Part shown: positions 10,934 through 20,502 of the stretch, piece by piece
How the letters are laid out: every line of letters starts with the position of its first letter
How positions within the stretch are numbered: position 1 is the stretch's first letter
DNA from: Chrysochromulina tobinii
Taxonomy: Eukaryota
Length of the DNA: 44,869 nt
NCBI GenBank assembly: GCA_001275005.1
Contig: JWZX01002565.1
Location: forward strand, 1 to 44,869
Reading direction: 5' to 3'
Position numbers and translations under genes: made by a program
Notes under the pieces: model-generated
Seen by the model: the letters and a program-made list of their open reading frames with translations, nothing else
What the model was told of the DNA's origin: nothing
The model's database searches: none

Positions 10934-12340
10934 ATGCCATGCATGTCGTACGGCCGCGGAGGAGGAGAGAAGCCGAGGTTTGCGGCTACTGGGCATGAAC
11001 CATCGCCCACATCGATCCTCGAGGACATGAACAAGCTCACATTGGGAGGTGCGTACTGGCAGCAACGTTGGGAATGTCCACCAGGATATGCGTTCCTGCC
11101 CGAGCCATGGGCGGCTGCACCTGCGCGGCTGCACCTCCTGGCTGCACATCAAGTGCCGCAACCACAAATGCCGCAACCTCAAGTGCCGCAAATGCCGCAA
11201 ATGCCGCCGATGCCGTCAAATGAAAGCTCGGGATTGGGAAGCCAAATGGCCGCGGCCTTCAGCAGCTACTTTGGTGGCAAAGGCGGCAGAGGCGGTAGAC
11301 ACGGAGAGCAGGGTGAGAAAGTGCTGCGTCCCAAGCTGGGCCCCTGCTTGCCCGGTGGCGGGGGCAAAAGAGGACCTCCAGCTCCACGATCAGCAGCAGG
11401 ACGACCCTCGTCTTCGTCGTCGTCGGCGCCGAGCTGTCCGGTATCTCCACGGGACCCTATGCCGCAGCCATCCCCGCCGCTTGTGGGGAAACTGTTTCAA
11501 GGGCTACTACTGCCCCAGCAGCAGCTCCTGTCCGTGCCACCCGCGCCGCTTTCATCGGAATCACTGTTTCAGATGGCCTTCGATCCGGAAGACGTGGGCC
11601 GTGCGATCGTGCATGCGCACGGGGAGCCGCACCAGGCGCTCGGGCTACTCCTCCACGCTGGCAAGACACGCATCCGAGCGATGCAAGAACGGCTGGATCA
11701 GATCGCCGCCGTGCACCCCTCCGCGGAGGCCAGCCTCCCCATGCCACCCCTTCCACCCTCAGGTCCGCATGAGGACCCAATCGCACGGCCAGGGGACCCC
11801 GCGGTGGCCCCTGGTCGCGTGAAGAAGAAGCGCCTCGCCCCACGGCACAAACGTGATATCATTTCTCTCCTCGACGAAGAGGAGGCGCAACCCCCGGCTT
11901 CAGTTGACGAAGCGCCAAACCCCCAGGCCGCGCCCGCCGTGCCCGCTGCTGCGCCCGTGGCTGCTGCCGCTGATGCATTGCTAGCTGGGTGGAGCGAGGT
12001 GAAGAAGGCCGAAGGCAAGACGTACTACTACAACAGGGAGACGCGCCAGGTACGGGGCTTCTCTGGCTCCGGCGTAGAGGGCTCTGAGGACGAGGAGGAG
12101 GACGATCCGTCCTTCGCGTTCGCCTCCTCGGCAGGCTCCTCAGCAGACTCCTCCCCAGCAGTTCCCGCCTTGAGAGCAGAGACCTTATCCCGACCATCCT
12201 TGCCTCGCTTGGCAGCCTGCGTGGATGCCGAGCAGGAGGCCCAAGACGGAGAGCGATCTGACCCTGCCATGGCTTCAATCTTGCGCGCGCCTCCGGAACG
12301 GGCGGGGGCGGGGGCGGGGACGGGATGGCCCATGAATTAG
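10934..12340 (+). CDS. Proline-rich protein with UBA-like and WW domains (3' structure uncertain)
   Basis: SLFQMAFDPEDVGRAIVHAHGEPHQALGLLL is UBA-like and LAGWSEVKKAEGKTYYYNRETRQ is WW-like. A probable donor CAG|GTACGG at 12050 interrupts the WW domain. Confidence 0.55.
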   Translation: MPCMSYGRGGGEKPRFAATGHEPSPTSILEDMNKLTLGGAYWQQRWECPPGYAFLPEPWAAAPARLHLLAAHQVPQPQMPQPQVPQMPQMPPMPSNESSGLGSQMAAAFSSYFGGKGGRGGRHGEQGEKVLRPKLGPCLPGGGGKRGPPAPRSAAGRPSSSSSSAPSCPVSPRDPMPQPSPPLVGKLFQGLLLPQQQLLSVPPAPLSSESLFQMAFDPEDVGRAIVHAHGEPHQALGLLLHAGKTRIRAMQERLDQIAAVHPSAEASLPMPPLPPSGPHEDPIARPGDPAVAPGRVKKKRLAPRHKRDIISLLDEEEAQPPASVDEAPNPQAAPAVPAAAPVAAAADALLAGWSEVKKAEGKTYYYNRETRQVRGFSGSGVEGSEDEEEDDPSFAFASSAGSSADSSPAVPALRAETLSRPSLPRLAACVDAEQEAQDGERSDPAMASILRAPPERAGAGAGTGWPMN

Positions 12341-13001
12341 AGAGCTCGAGTCGGGGATGAGTCGGAGATCGCGAGAACAAGGACGAACCGCCGAGAACAA
12401 GTCGGACGAGCCGCCGTCACGGAGCATGAGCACAATGAAGGAGCGGAGAGCCCAACTCGCAAATAAGCCCGTCCCGGTGCAAGCATGAGCACGAAAGCGC
12501 GACGCGAGCCGCGCGATCATGGAATCATCACGAGAGATGTGACCAAAGCCTTACAACTGAACAAAGCGCGTACAAAGCCGTGTGCGGTGTGGTCTCGGAC
12601 CTGCCTCGTGCTCAGATACCAAACAGACGGCGTTTGGCTCGAAATGAGTGTGTGTTGTAGGTAACTCAGCCGTACAACTGTACCCTTTCCCTTAGTGATG
12701 GAGGGGTCGCAACGGCGGTCAACGATCATTAGTACCCATCGCGCCGATCGGGGACAACAATTTGATCCGGCTGCCGGGCTCGCGCGCGGCCACTCTCTAT
12801 CAAAGCGCGGGGTCCACGCACCACGGTAGGCGGAATAGGATTCGAGCGGGAAGACGCGCCGTGCAGAGGGCATGGCAGAGGGCGGGGTGCCGTGCCGTGC
12901 AGAGTGTTGAGCCCCCAACCCCCCGGCGTCTCCTTTCCGATGCGTCCCCCGTGCTGTTGCCGCAAGGCCGCGGCCGCGCCTCGGCCGCGCCTCGCGACTG
13001 C

Positions 13002-14925
13002 TCAGTACCACTCAAGCGCCTTGGAGGCATTATGCAGCGCGAGGCCCTTGACGTCGCGATTCGGGTGGAGCCCGTTGTAGAAGACGAGCACATGCTGGTG
13101 GCACGTGCCCAGCTTGGCGCTGGCGTTGAAGGCGCTCGAGGCCCGCATGGGCAGCGAGGCGAGCGGCAGCATCATGACCGCGTGATTGTACAGACGCGCC
13201 CCGTGCGCTTCGAAGGCTGCTATCGTGTCCCCCACAAAGTTGCGGCAGAAGCCGTCGGGGTCGCGTATCTCGCCCACGACGAAGCACGCGAAGCGGTTAC
13301 GCGCCAAACGGCTCAGAGCTCGCCCGATGATGTCGCGATAGTCTTGGAGGAAGGCGGCGTATGTCTGTGCCTCGGAGAGGTCGCGCGGGTCGCCCGAGTA
13401 GCGCTCCAGATCGTAATACCTGCCCACGCACACACACGCGCGAGCATCGTCGGCAGTTGGCAGCGGCGCGCCGGCGGTGGCAGCACCGAGGGCAGCGGGA
13501 GCGCTCGTGGCGGCGCGTGGCTGCATCCAATAGTAGGCATCTACCCATTTTAGGCATGATGGTGTGTGCAGCAGCGCGCATCCAATGGGTCGTGCGCGCA
13601 CGCACGGAGGGCACGAGAAGAGCGCGTCAAAGCCCACGGCCGACCTCCGGCATCGAGTCGAGCGTGCGTGAGTCGGCCGCATGCCATGAGGGTTCCGTCC
13701 AACGAGCGCGCGCCGTGCTCGCGAGCGCATGCATCCGGGCCGCTTGGCGTCGGTTCTCGTCGACCTGCGCACTGGAGAGGTCGAGGCCGGTGTAGTGCAG
13801 CCCGAGGCGCGCGGCGACGCAGCCGCGCACAGAACCACCAGCGAAGGGGTCGAGCACCGAGCCGCCCGCCGGCACGAACCAACGGTAGACCAACTCGCAG
13901 AGCACTGGGCAGAAGACGCTCGTGCCGCGCGCCGCAACGCCGCCGAGCCCCTTGTACCCGAGCAGATTGTCGGCACGTCCGCACTCGGACTGGATGCGGT
14001 ACGTGTGCTCCCAATACGCGCGTCGATCCTTCCAGTACCCCTTGCGAGCATCGAGCACGGAGAAGGGCGGCGCGCCCCAGCGCGAGGCCAACTGGCCGCC
14101 GTCAGAGCCCTCCAGCCAGCGGGCGGAGTGCGAGCAGGCGGCGGAGGCGTGCTGGGCATCCCGCGGCTTCGCAGCGAAACCTTCGAGCAGCGCCGACGGC
14201 GCCGCTGGTGCTGGACGGCGTGCCGCGGCCGTGCCACCGGCAGGCGTTAGAGACGGTGCCCCGGCCGCCGCTGGCAAGTCAGCGGCGGCGGTGGCAGGCG
14301 GCGAGGTAGCAGGCGGCTGTGGCGGCACAGCGAGCGGTGGCTCAGCGGTCGGCGGCTGCGCAGTGCTACACGCGGTGCGAATCGCGGGCGCAACCACCTC
14401 GGCCGCGGCCGCCGCCTCGTCCGCCTCGTCCTCCTCCGAGTTGATAGCTTGGAAAAAGTGGCGTAGCGCCTCGTCCTCCTCCGAGTCGACGTCCGAATCG
14501 GATGCGGGTGTGTATCCCTCGGCAGCAGCGGATACGGTGGCAGACGGGGCCGCCGTCCGCCGCGCATTCTCGTCGGACGGCTGCTCCTCACGAAAGGCTA
14601 GCACAACGCCGCCCTCTCGTGGCACAGGCCCGCCGAGGATGACAAGGTCGCCGTCGCGCAGCTCGCGCGGCACTCCGGGCAACAGTCGCTCACCCGTGCT
14701 AAGAAAGCTCCCGTTGCTCGAGCCCGTATCCTCGATCTGGAAGAGAGAGCTTCCTTCTGCGCACCTCCGCACAACAACATGTGTTCTAGAGATCAAATTG
14801 CCACGCAGCCGCAGCCGTGCCGAATCACCCCGGCCGACGAGGAACGGTTCAGCATCGATTACGTGCGTCGACGCGTCACCGTCGAAGAACCGCAACTCGA
14901 GCGAGGCCGTGCGATGACGCTTCAT
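13002..14925 (-). CDS. FHA-domain + N6-adenine/N4-cytosine DNA methyltransferase fusion; exons 14925-13606 (apparent +1 frameshift near 13634) and 13419-13002
   Basis: ACCGCCATG start. FHA motifs LVGR, ISRTH, SSNGS, LRDGDLV. MTase motifs PPFSVLDAR..YW, TSVFCPVLCE, motif I VLDPFAGGSVRG, and motif IV FSCPPY reconstituted by removing intron 13420-13605. C-terminal KLGTCHQHVLVF. Confidence 0.8.
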
Positions 14926-15128
14926 GGCGGTGAAGGAAGCGCCGGCGGCGTCGGCGGAGAGAAGGTTGAGAGGGCGAGTAGTTAGCGGAGGTAAACACCG
15001 TCTCCATCGTTCACAGCGTTCTGCGAAGCGGGGTGCACTTTGCGCTCGGGGGCACTTAGACGTTTTTAGAACTCGCCCGAAACGGGACGCATGCATGCAG
15101 ATACATGTAAAACGTTACGAGCGCCTCC

Positions 15129-17018
15129 ATGCGTTGCCCCACTCCTGATGAGAGCGTCGACAGTGAGCTGAAAGCCCTTGCCACGCCCTCGTGCATGGAG
15201 CGGCATCTCAGAGGCATCGAGGGAGGAGGATTCAGACAGATGCCGACGTATGTCTTGCACCATCCGCGACTCACCGTGCGCCGAGCGCAAATGGAGTTAC
15301 GCCTAAAGAACGCCCACGTCGCAGATGTGACTTGGTTGCTGTGCGCGAATCGAGAGGACGTCGAGACCTTGTCGTTTCAGTCACGCCAGTGTCTCATACA
15401 GCTCACGCCAAGCCATCGGAGCATGCTCAACTCGAATGGCACCATCTCTCTCGCCATCAAGCACCTTTTAGCTTATGCAGACATTCGCATTCGTAACTTG
15501 ACAGCAGCCCTTGTCTTGGAAGATGATGCAGCGGTGCCAGCAAATCTTTGGGCGCTGCTGGCCGAGCCATTTGGAACCATACCGCCGGATGCGGACATTT
15601 TTTGGTTAGGAGGTGGCCATCGGAATGCTAACTTTGGTCATCACAAGAGGCTGAACGACACCTTTTACTGCGGCGACGCCAACCGTGTACGCGTCCTCTC
15701 TGGCAACCCTACCAATCGGTTGAACGGTACGTACTGCGTCTACGAACGAGAGTTTAGCATGCCGCCAATCTTCATCGGAGCGCATGCGTACATCATGACG
15801 CGTAGAGGGGCCCAATCTTGGCGTGGATGGCCAGTGCGGGCGCCCGCAGACCTGGTTCTATCCCGCGGCGACTTGCTCTGCCGCTCGCACCTAGGCACGC
15901 AGCAGTGCCATCTCTGGAAGCAGTACGGGCCCGCGCGCTGGTTCGTCATCCAGCAAAATGTCGACGGGCGCTCACATAACAATCCCATCGAGCTGCTTCG
16001 TCAACATGGCTGGGCATCGAGCGACGGCATGGCAGCATGGACGCTGGCGGCGTCGCCGACGGAGCCGTTGCCCCGTGGGGGTCAGCAGAGCCACGTCAAG
16101 ACCGAGGCAACCGCTGCGGCGGGATGCACGAACGTGCTGATGAAGGTGCATGGGTCGGACGACGTGACGCTTTGTGCCTACGGCGCATTCGACGCGGATC
16201 CTGCCTCAGAAGAGATTCGAAGGTACGGGCGACTGGCCGAGTGCGAGACGCTCGTGTCCACATGGGTACACAACACCACAGCAAGAGATTTGCAGCTGTA
16301 CGTCGAGGTCGGCTCCTCGATTGGGGCGTGCGCGGTGGAGATGCTGCTTCGTACGGAGGCGGCGGTGGCCGTCTTTGAATCCAATCCGAGCCATCTCTTT
16401 CACGTGCACAGCACCTTGAGACTCCTCGCTGCGAAACTACCGCAGCGCCACCTTGCCGAGCGTGTGATCGTCTTCCCGATCACGCTGAGCAATGAGAGCC
16501 GGGGAGCGGCAGATGCGCAGCTGCATCGGCCACTCGACGTCATCTTCAACTCCAATCTAAAGGCGACCAAGGCGACGCCTGGCTTCATTCGGCTCATTCA
16601 CTTGAGTGGTGGTTCTGCCCGTGCTGGTCGTCTCGATGCGTCGTACCACGAGCCGTCCTCACCGATGGAGGCTATCTTGGGGATGCAGCGCCTGCTCTGG
16701 TTCCGGCATGCCATTCAGGCCGTCGTCGTGAGCCACGTCGCCACGTGCTCGACGCACTCGGTAGGCGCCAAAGTGGGCGCTTGCTCTCTCGACGAGGACG
16801 AGATCACGCGCGCGAATTCCCTAGCCCACAACCTCCACGGTTCAAGACGCACGGTCGTCTTTCATCCTGTGCCTGCGCCCACAGGGGATTTGGTGGGAGC
16901 ACCGCTCCATGAGTCGCATTCTTCTCGCGTGGATCTGATAGGCCTGCCTGCGATGGGCCGCCACGTGGATCTGAAAGGGCCTGCAGCTGCATGCACTGCG
17001 TGCTGGCTTCGCCCCTAG
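15129..17018 (+). CDS. GT25-like glycosyltransferase fused to FkbM-like SAM methyltransferase
   Basis: ISLAIKHLLAY...ALVLEDDA...DIFWLG...GAHAYIMTRRGA is GT25-like. LYVEVGSSIGAC...VAVFESNP...VIVFPITLS is FkbM-like. Start codon uncertain. Confidence 0.65.
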   Translation: MRCPTPDESVDSELKALATPSCMERHLRGIEGGGFRQMPTYVLHHPRLTVRRAQMELRLKNAHVADVTWLLCANREDVETLSFQSRQCLIQLTPSHRSMLNSNGTISLAIKHLLAYADIRIRNLTAALVLEDDAAVPANLWALLAEPFGTIPPDADIFWLGGGHRNANFGHHKRLNDTFYCGDANRVRVLSGNPTNRLNGTYCVYEREFSMPPIFIGAHAYIMTRRGAQSWRGWPVRAPADLVLSRGDLLCRSHLGTQQCHLWKQYGPARWFVIQQNVDGRSHNNPIELLRQHGWASSDGMAAWTLAASPTEPLPRGGQQSHVKTEATAAAGCTNVLMKVHGSDDVTLCAYGAFDADPASEEIRRYGRLAECETLVSTWVHNTTARDLQLYVEVGSSIGACAVEMLLRTEAAVAVFESNPSHLFHVHSTLRLLAAKLPQRHLAERVIVFPITLSNESRGAADAQLHRPLDVIFNSNLKATKATPGFIRLIHLSGGSARAGRLDASYHEPSSPMEAILGMQRLLWFRHAIQAVVVSHVATCSTHSVGAKVGACSLDEDEITRANSLAHNLHGSRRTVVFHPVPAPTGDLVGAPLHESHSSRVDLIGLPAMGRHVDLKGPAAACTACWLRP

Positions 17019-17423
17019 AAGTTCCAAGGGTGGGCGGATCCAGTGAGAGAGAAAGTCAAAAATCATGTCTGTGCAACCATTTGCCTGATCTTTGTGAACA
17101 ACCCGCTGGAACAACCGCGTCTCGAGCACCGTGCATGCTCCTTCGGTCCACGCACGAAGGATGCGATATCGTATAGACCGACGCGTGCGACGAATTCTCG
17201 TGACTCGTCTAAAGAATGAATACATTCTGAATCGTTGAATTGCACAGGACGAATTTAAAACTCTTGTCGACGACCCGAGACCCGAGTCATTCCGGATTCG
17301 AGGCCGTCACCCACCCATACACCGCTCACGATACCGGTGGCTTGGAGCGGTATGCTAATATAGGTCTACCTAAGAATTATACGCGGCGCACGCCACGCCC
17401 TTGAAGCTTGATCAGTGTACACG

Positions 17424-19007
17424 CTAAAGCTCGTCCTTTTCAACCATCTCCCTCAGCCTCGAAGCATTGAGCGGCCGCAGCTCGCGCTCATCGATGGCCA
17501 GGCTCTCCTCAAAGTCGAGCAGCTTGTGAGGGAGGGCCTCGAGCAGGCCTCGCGGCCCCGCGGCCTCCTCCCGCTCGCGAACGTGCCGCTGCGTCGCCTC
17601 GTTCGCGCTCGCTTCGTACACGAAGGAGATGAGCTCGTCGAGGTCGACGTCGCCGTCGCGCAGGTCCTTCCAGTAGCGCGGCTCGCTCTTGGAGCGCGCT
17701 GGGTAGAGCGCGATCGTATCCTTGTGCACGTGCGAGCCATGAGGGTACGGGATGGCGTTGAACACGCAGTCCATCCATCCGACAACAAGGCTGCCGTTGG
17801 AGCTGGGCGCGTCAAGGAACTCGGCGAGGCGAATGTATTTGGGGCGCAGGCGCGCGTGCGTGTCGCGGCGCGCCTCCGCCACAGGCACGCTCGAGCGGCC
17901 GGGGAAGTACATGTAGATCAGATAGTCAGCATCGGCCGCAAGTTTGATGACGCGCTCGTGGAAGTCGCGCGCGACCACGCGGACCAGCACACCCTCCTTT
18001 GCAGCCGATGGACGCTCAGAGACTAGCGGCCGCTCGGCTGAGCGGCCCGTCTCGTTCGCATGCTTCAGCTGGATGGCGGCTTCCTCGTCGCTCTTGTCGA
18101 GCTGCGTGAGCTCGTCGGCCGTGCACAGCTGCAGCTCCTCGTCGCAGAGGGCAGGCCGCACCTCTGCACTCAACTCGTCCCCAAGGTGCAGCGCGTACTT
18201 GCCCTCACGCGCCCAACGCGAGATCGCGTCCACAAGCGCGTCCGAGTGATCCTCGACCAGCCGGTCGCAGCCGCGGCGCACCTTTTTGTTGTGGTACGTG
18301 TTCGGCCAGCTGCAGATGCGCTCGACCTCGGCCTCGACGATAGACTCTAACTCGCCGACGGTGGCCGACTTCTGGAAGGCGGTGCGCGAGTGGTGCTTCT
18401 TGAGCTGCGCGTGGCGCTCACGGAGTCGGGGCAGCAGCCCCATGTCGAAGTTGGACACGAGCCGCGCGCATGCGAGGCACGGCGATCGCACCGGGATGAC
18501 GAGCTTCGGGTATGAAGCCGTGCGCTCGTCGTCCTCCACGACCGGTGCGGCGGCAGTGCGTGAGGCGATGGGCTTGCCCTTGGCAAAGGCGAGCGCGTCG
18601 GATGACGAATTGAGCTCCGTGAGCGACGGCGCCGCCTTGCTCGCCACCCAGCGCGAGATCGTGCTCGCATCCCGCCGGCCGTCGAACTCGATCGGCGGCC
18701 CGTCGCCGCGGTGGATGAAGAGGAGCGTCGGGTAGCCCTTGATGTCGAGGCGCGTCGCGAGCTCCTCCACCTCGGTGCCGTCGACCTTGGCGAATGGCGT
18801 GCTGCTCGAGGCGGCGGCCGAATCAAACTCGGGCAACAACGCGCGCGAGTGTCCGCACCACGGAGCGTACACGAGCAGAGCAAAGCCCGCGTTCTGCTCG
18901 CGGAAGGCGTCGAAGGCGTCGGTCGAGGCGATTTTGGTGACGGAGGCCGCGTGCGTGTGCGTGCTTAGCAGCGACCACAAGGCCACCATGAGTGCGGCGC
19001 GAGCCAT
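17424..19007 (-). CDS. ER-lumen PDI-family protein: thioredoxin (WCGHS) + saposin/Canopy-like domain + redox-inactive Trx fold + KDEL
   Basis: Signal peptide MARAALMVALWSLL; YAPWCGHS...KVDGT...IKGYPTL; CLAC...IC...GC..LVE...LC....QLC; C-terminus VEKDEL-stop. Confidence 0.8.
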   Translation of the reverse strand: MARAALMVALWSLLSTHTHAASVTKIASTDAFDAFREQNAGFALLVYAPWCGHSRALLPEFDSAAASSSTPFAKVDGTEVEELATRLDIKGYPTLLFIHRGDGPPIEFDGRRDASTISRWVASKAAPSLTELNSSSDALAFAKGKPIASRTAAAPVVEDDERTASYPKLVIPVRSPCLACARLVSNFDMGLLPRLRERHAQLKKHHSRTAFQKSATVGELESIVEAEVERICSWPNTYHNKKVRRGCDRLVEDHSDALVDAISRWAREGKYALHLGDELSAEVRPALCDEELQLCTADELTQLDKSDEEAAIQLKHANETGRSAERPLVSERPSAAKEGVLVRVVARDFHERVIKLAADADYLIYMYFPGRSSVPVAEARRDTHARLRPKYIRLAEFLDAPSSNGSLVVGWMDCVFNAIPYPHGSHVHKDTIALYPARSKSEPRYWKDLRDGDVDLDELISFVYEASANEATQRHVREREEAAGPRGLLEALPHKLLDFEESLAIDERELRPLNASRLREMVEKDEL

Positions 19008-19139
19008 GTGGTGCGGCGCACGAGCACGGTCAGTCGCCAAGCACTCGTGCGGAGCGGGCATTTCGCTCTTGCTCACATGTGTGAATGTGAATGACAGTAT
19101 CTCGAAGCTCTACAAATGGAAGTCACAATGGAAGTCACA

Positions 19140-20149
19140 CTAATGGTCCTTGTCCTTCCCAACCTTGAGCTTCTTGACGACCCCCTTCTTGCCGCCACGC
19201 TTCTCCAACTTCGCATACGCCATGCGAATCCGCAGGAGGAAAACGAGCGCCAAGGCCAGCAGCAGCATCCCAACATACCCCTTGGAGAGCGGAGTGCTAT
19301 TTTTGAGGGCCTTCTGGAGCTGCTGGCCCTTGGCACTCGCCCGCCACTTGGCAGCCCTGTCGCTGCCAAGGTCCGCGGCGAGATTGAGCATCCGCTCGGC
19401 ACGTACAGGGTCGGGGCGCAGGGCGGGCGAGATCCCATCCAGATAGAGGTTCGCGAGCTGCATGGCCGCATTCGAATGGTTCTGCTCGAGTGCCGCCCGC
19501 TCGAGCATGCTGATGGCGGTCGCAATCTCCTCCTTGGCATGCGCTGTGGACGCGTCCTGGGCTCTCTCCGGCTTGAGGTACCTGCCATCCCGAGGGTACC
19601 GATTCATCAAGGATCAACAAGGATCATCAAGGATCATCAAGGATCATCAATGGTCATCAATGGTCATCAAGTGTCATCAAAGGTCATCAAAGGTCATCAA
19701 GGGTACCGAGTCGTGATGGTGACCGCCCACGCGTAGAGACCTTCAGCGACTCCCTTGGAAGCACTCTGGATGAGCATCTCCTCGGACGCGTGGCTGTCCA
19801 CCCCATTCACGCATTGCGCGCGGTCCTCGCGCTGCAGCCGCGAGCGCCACGCGAGCTCGCCCGCGTCGCGTCGCAGCCAGTCCGTCGCGCCCGGGTGGCG
19901 CTCACCAAACTTGGACAAGCTGCGGCTGCGCTCCGCCCCTCTGACGGAGCGGTCGGCCACCGCCGTACCGAGCGGCAGTGGAGCCTCTGCCGCACGCTCC
20001 ACGGGAGGCTCGTCCGTACCTGCGCTGTCCTGGGCGGCAGCCTGCGGCGGTAGCTCCGAATCGGCTGCCACTCTCTCCTCAGCGATGGGCGGCGATGAGA
20101 CACGTCGCCATGGCGTGGTCGCGCGGCCGAAGGCACCGTGCAGAAACAT
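19140..20149 (-). CDS. Sel1-like repeat protein with C-terminal TM; exons 20149-19707, 19581-19140
   Basis: AISMLERAALEQNHSNAAMQLANLYLDG...AERMLNLAADLG (Sel1) and TM YVGMLLLALALVFLL. The phase-2 intron 19582-19706 joins TTR-YLKP. Confidence 0.7.
19582..19706 (-). repeat. Intron made of 10-nt repeats (CCTTGATGAT/CCTTTGATGA)
   Basis: cg|GTACCC ... ggcAG|gtacct. About 9 decamer copies. Confidence 0.8.
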
Positions 20150-20502
20150 GGGAGCACTGCGAGGACACGTTTGTACCGCTGAAGCCACGAGCACAGGGAC
20201 AAAGCATCTCAATGAGGTCAATTCACATACATGGTGTTCAGTACAACGCCTTGCACGTTTTATGGAAAGAAAACAACGGACTAACTGCAATGTGAGCCCT
20301 CACTCCTTACGCTTAAGAGCCCCCTTGGCCTTGGCCAGAATCATGGGATAGCCAAAGAAGCCGCCCAGCACCACATTGATGGGGCACCACCATAGCAGAG
20401 AAAGGAGAGCTTACAGATAGCGGCAAAGCACTAAACTACAGCGGCAGGTAGAGTCGAGCGCTACAACTCCCATGACGAACTCCACGCCTGTCGCCTCTGG
20501 GA

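Noticed and set aside
13002..14100. Bacterial/phage contamination or prophage as source of the MTase
   Set aside because: The gene has a spliceosomal intron, is fused to FHA via a low-complexity linker, and sits among eukaryotic genes with no phage genes around it.
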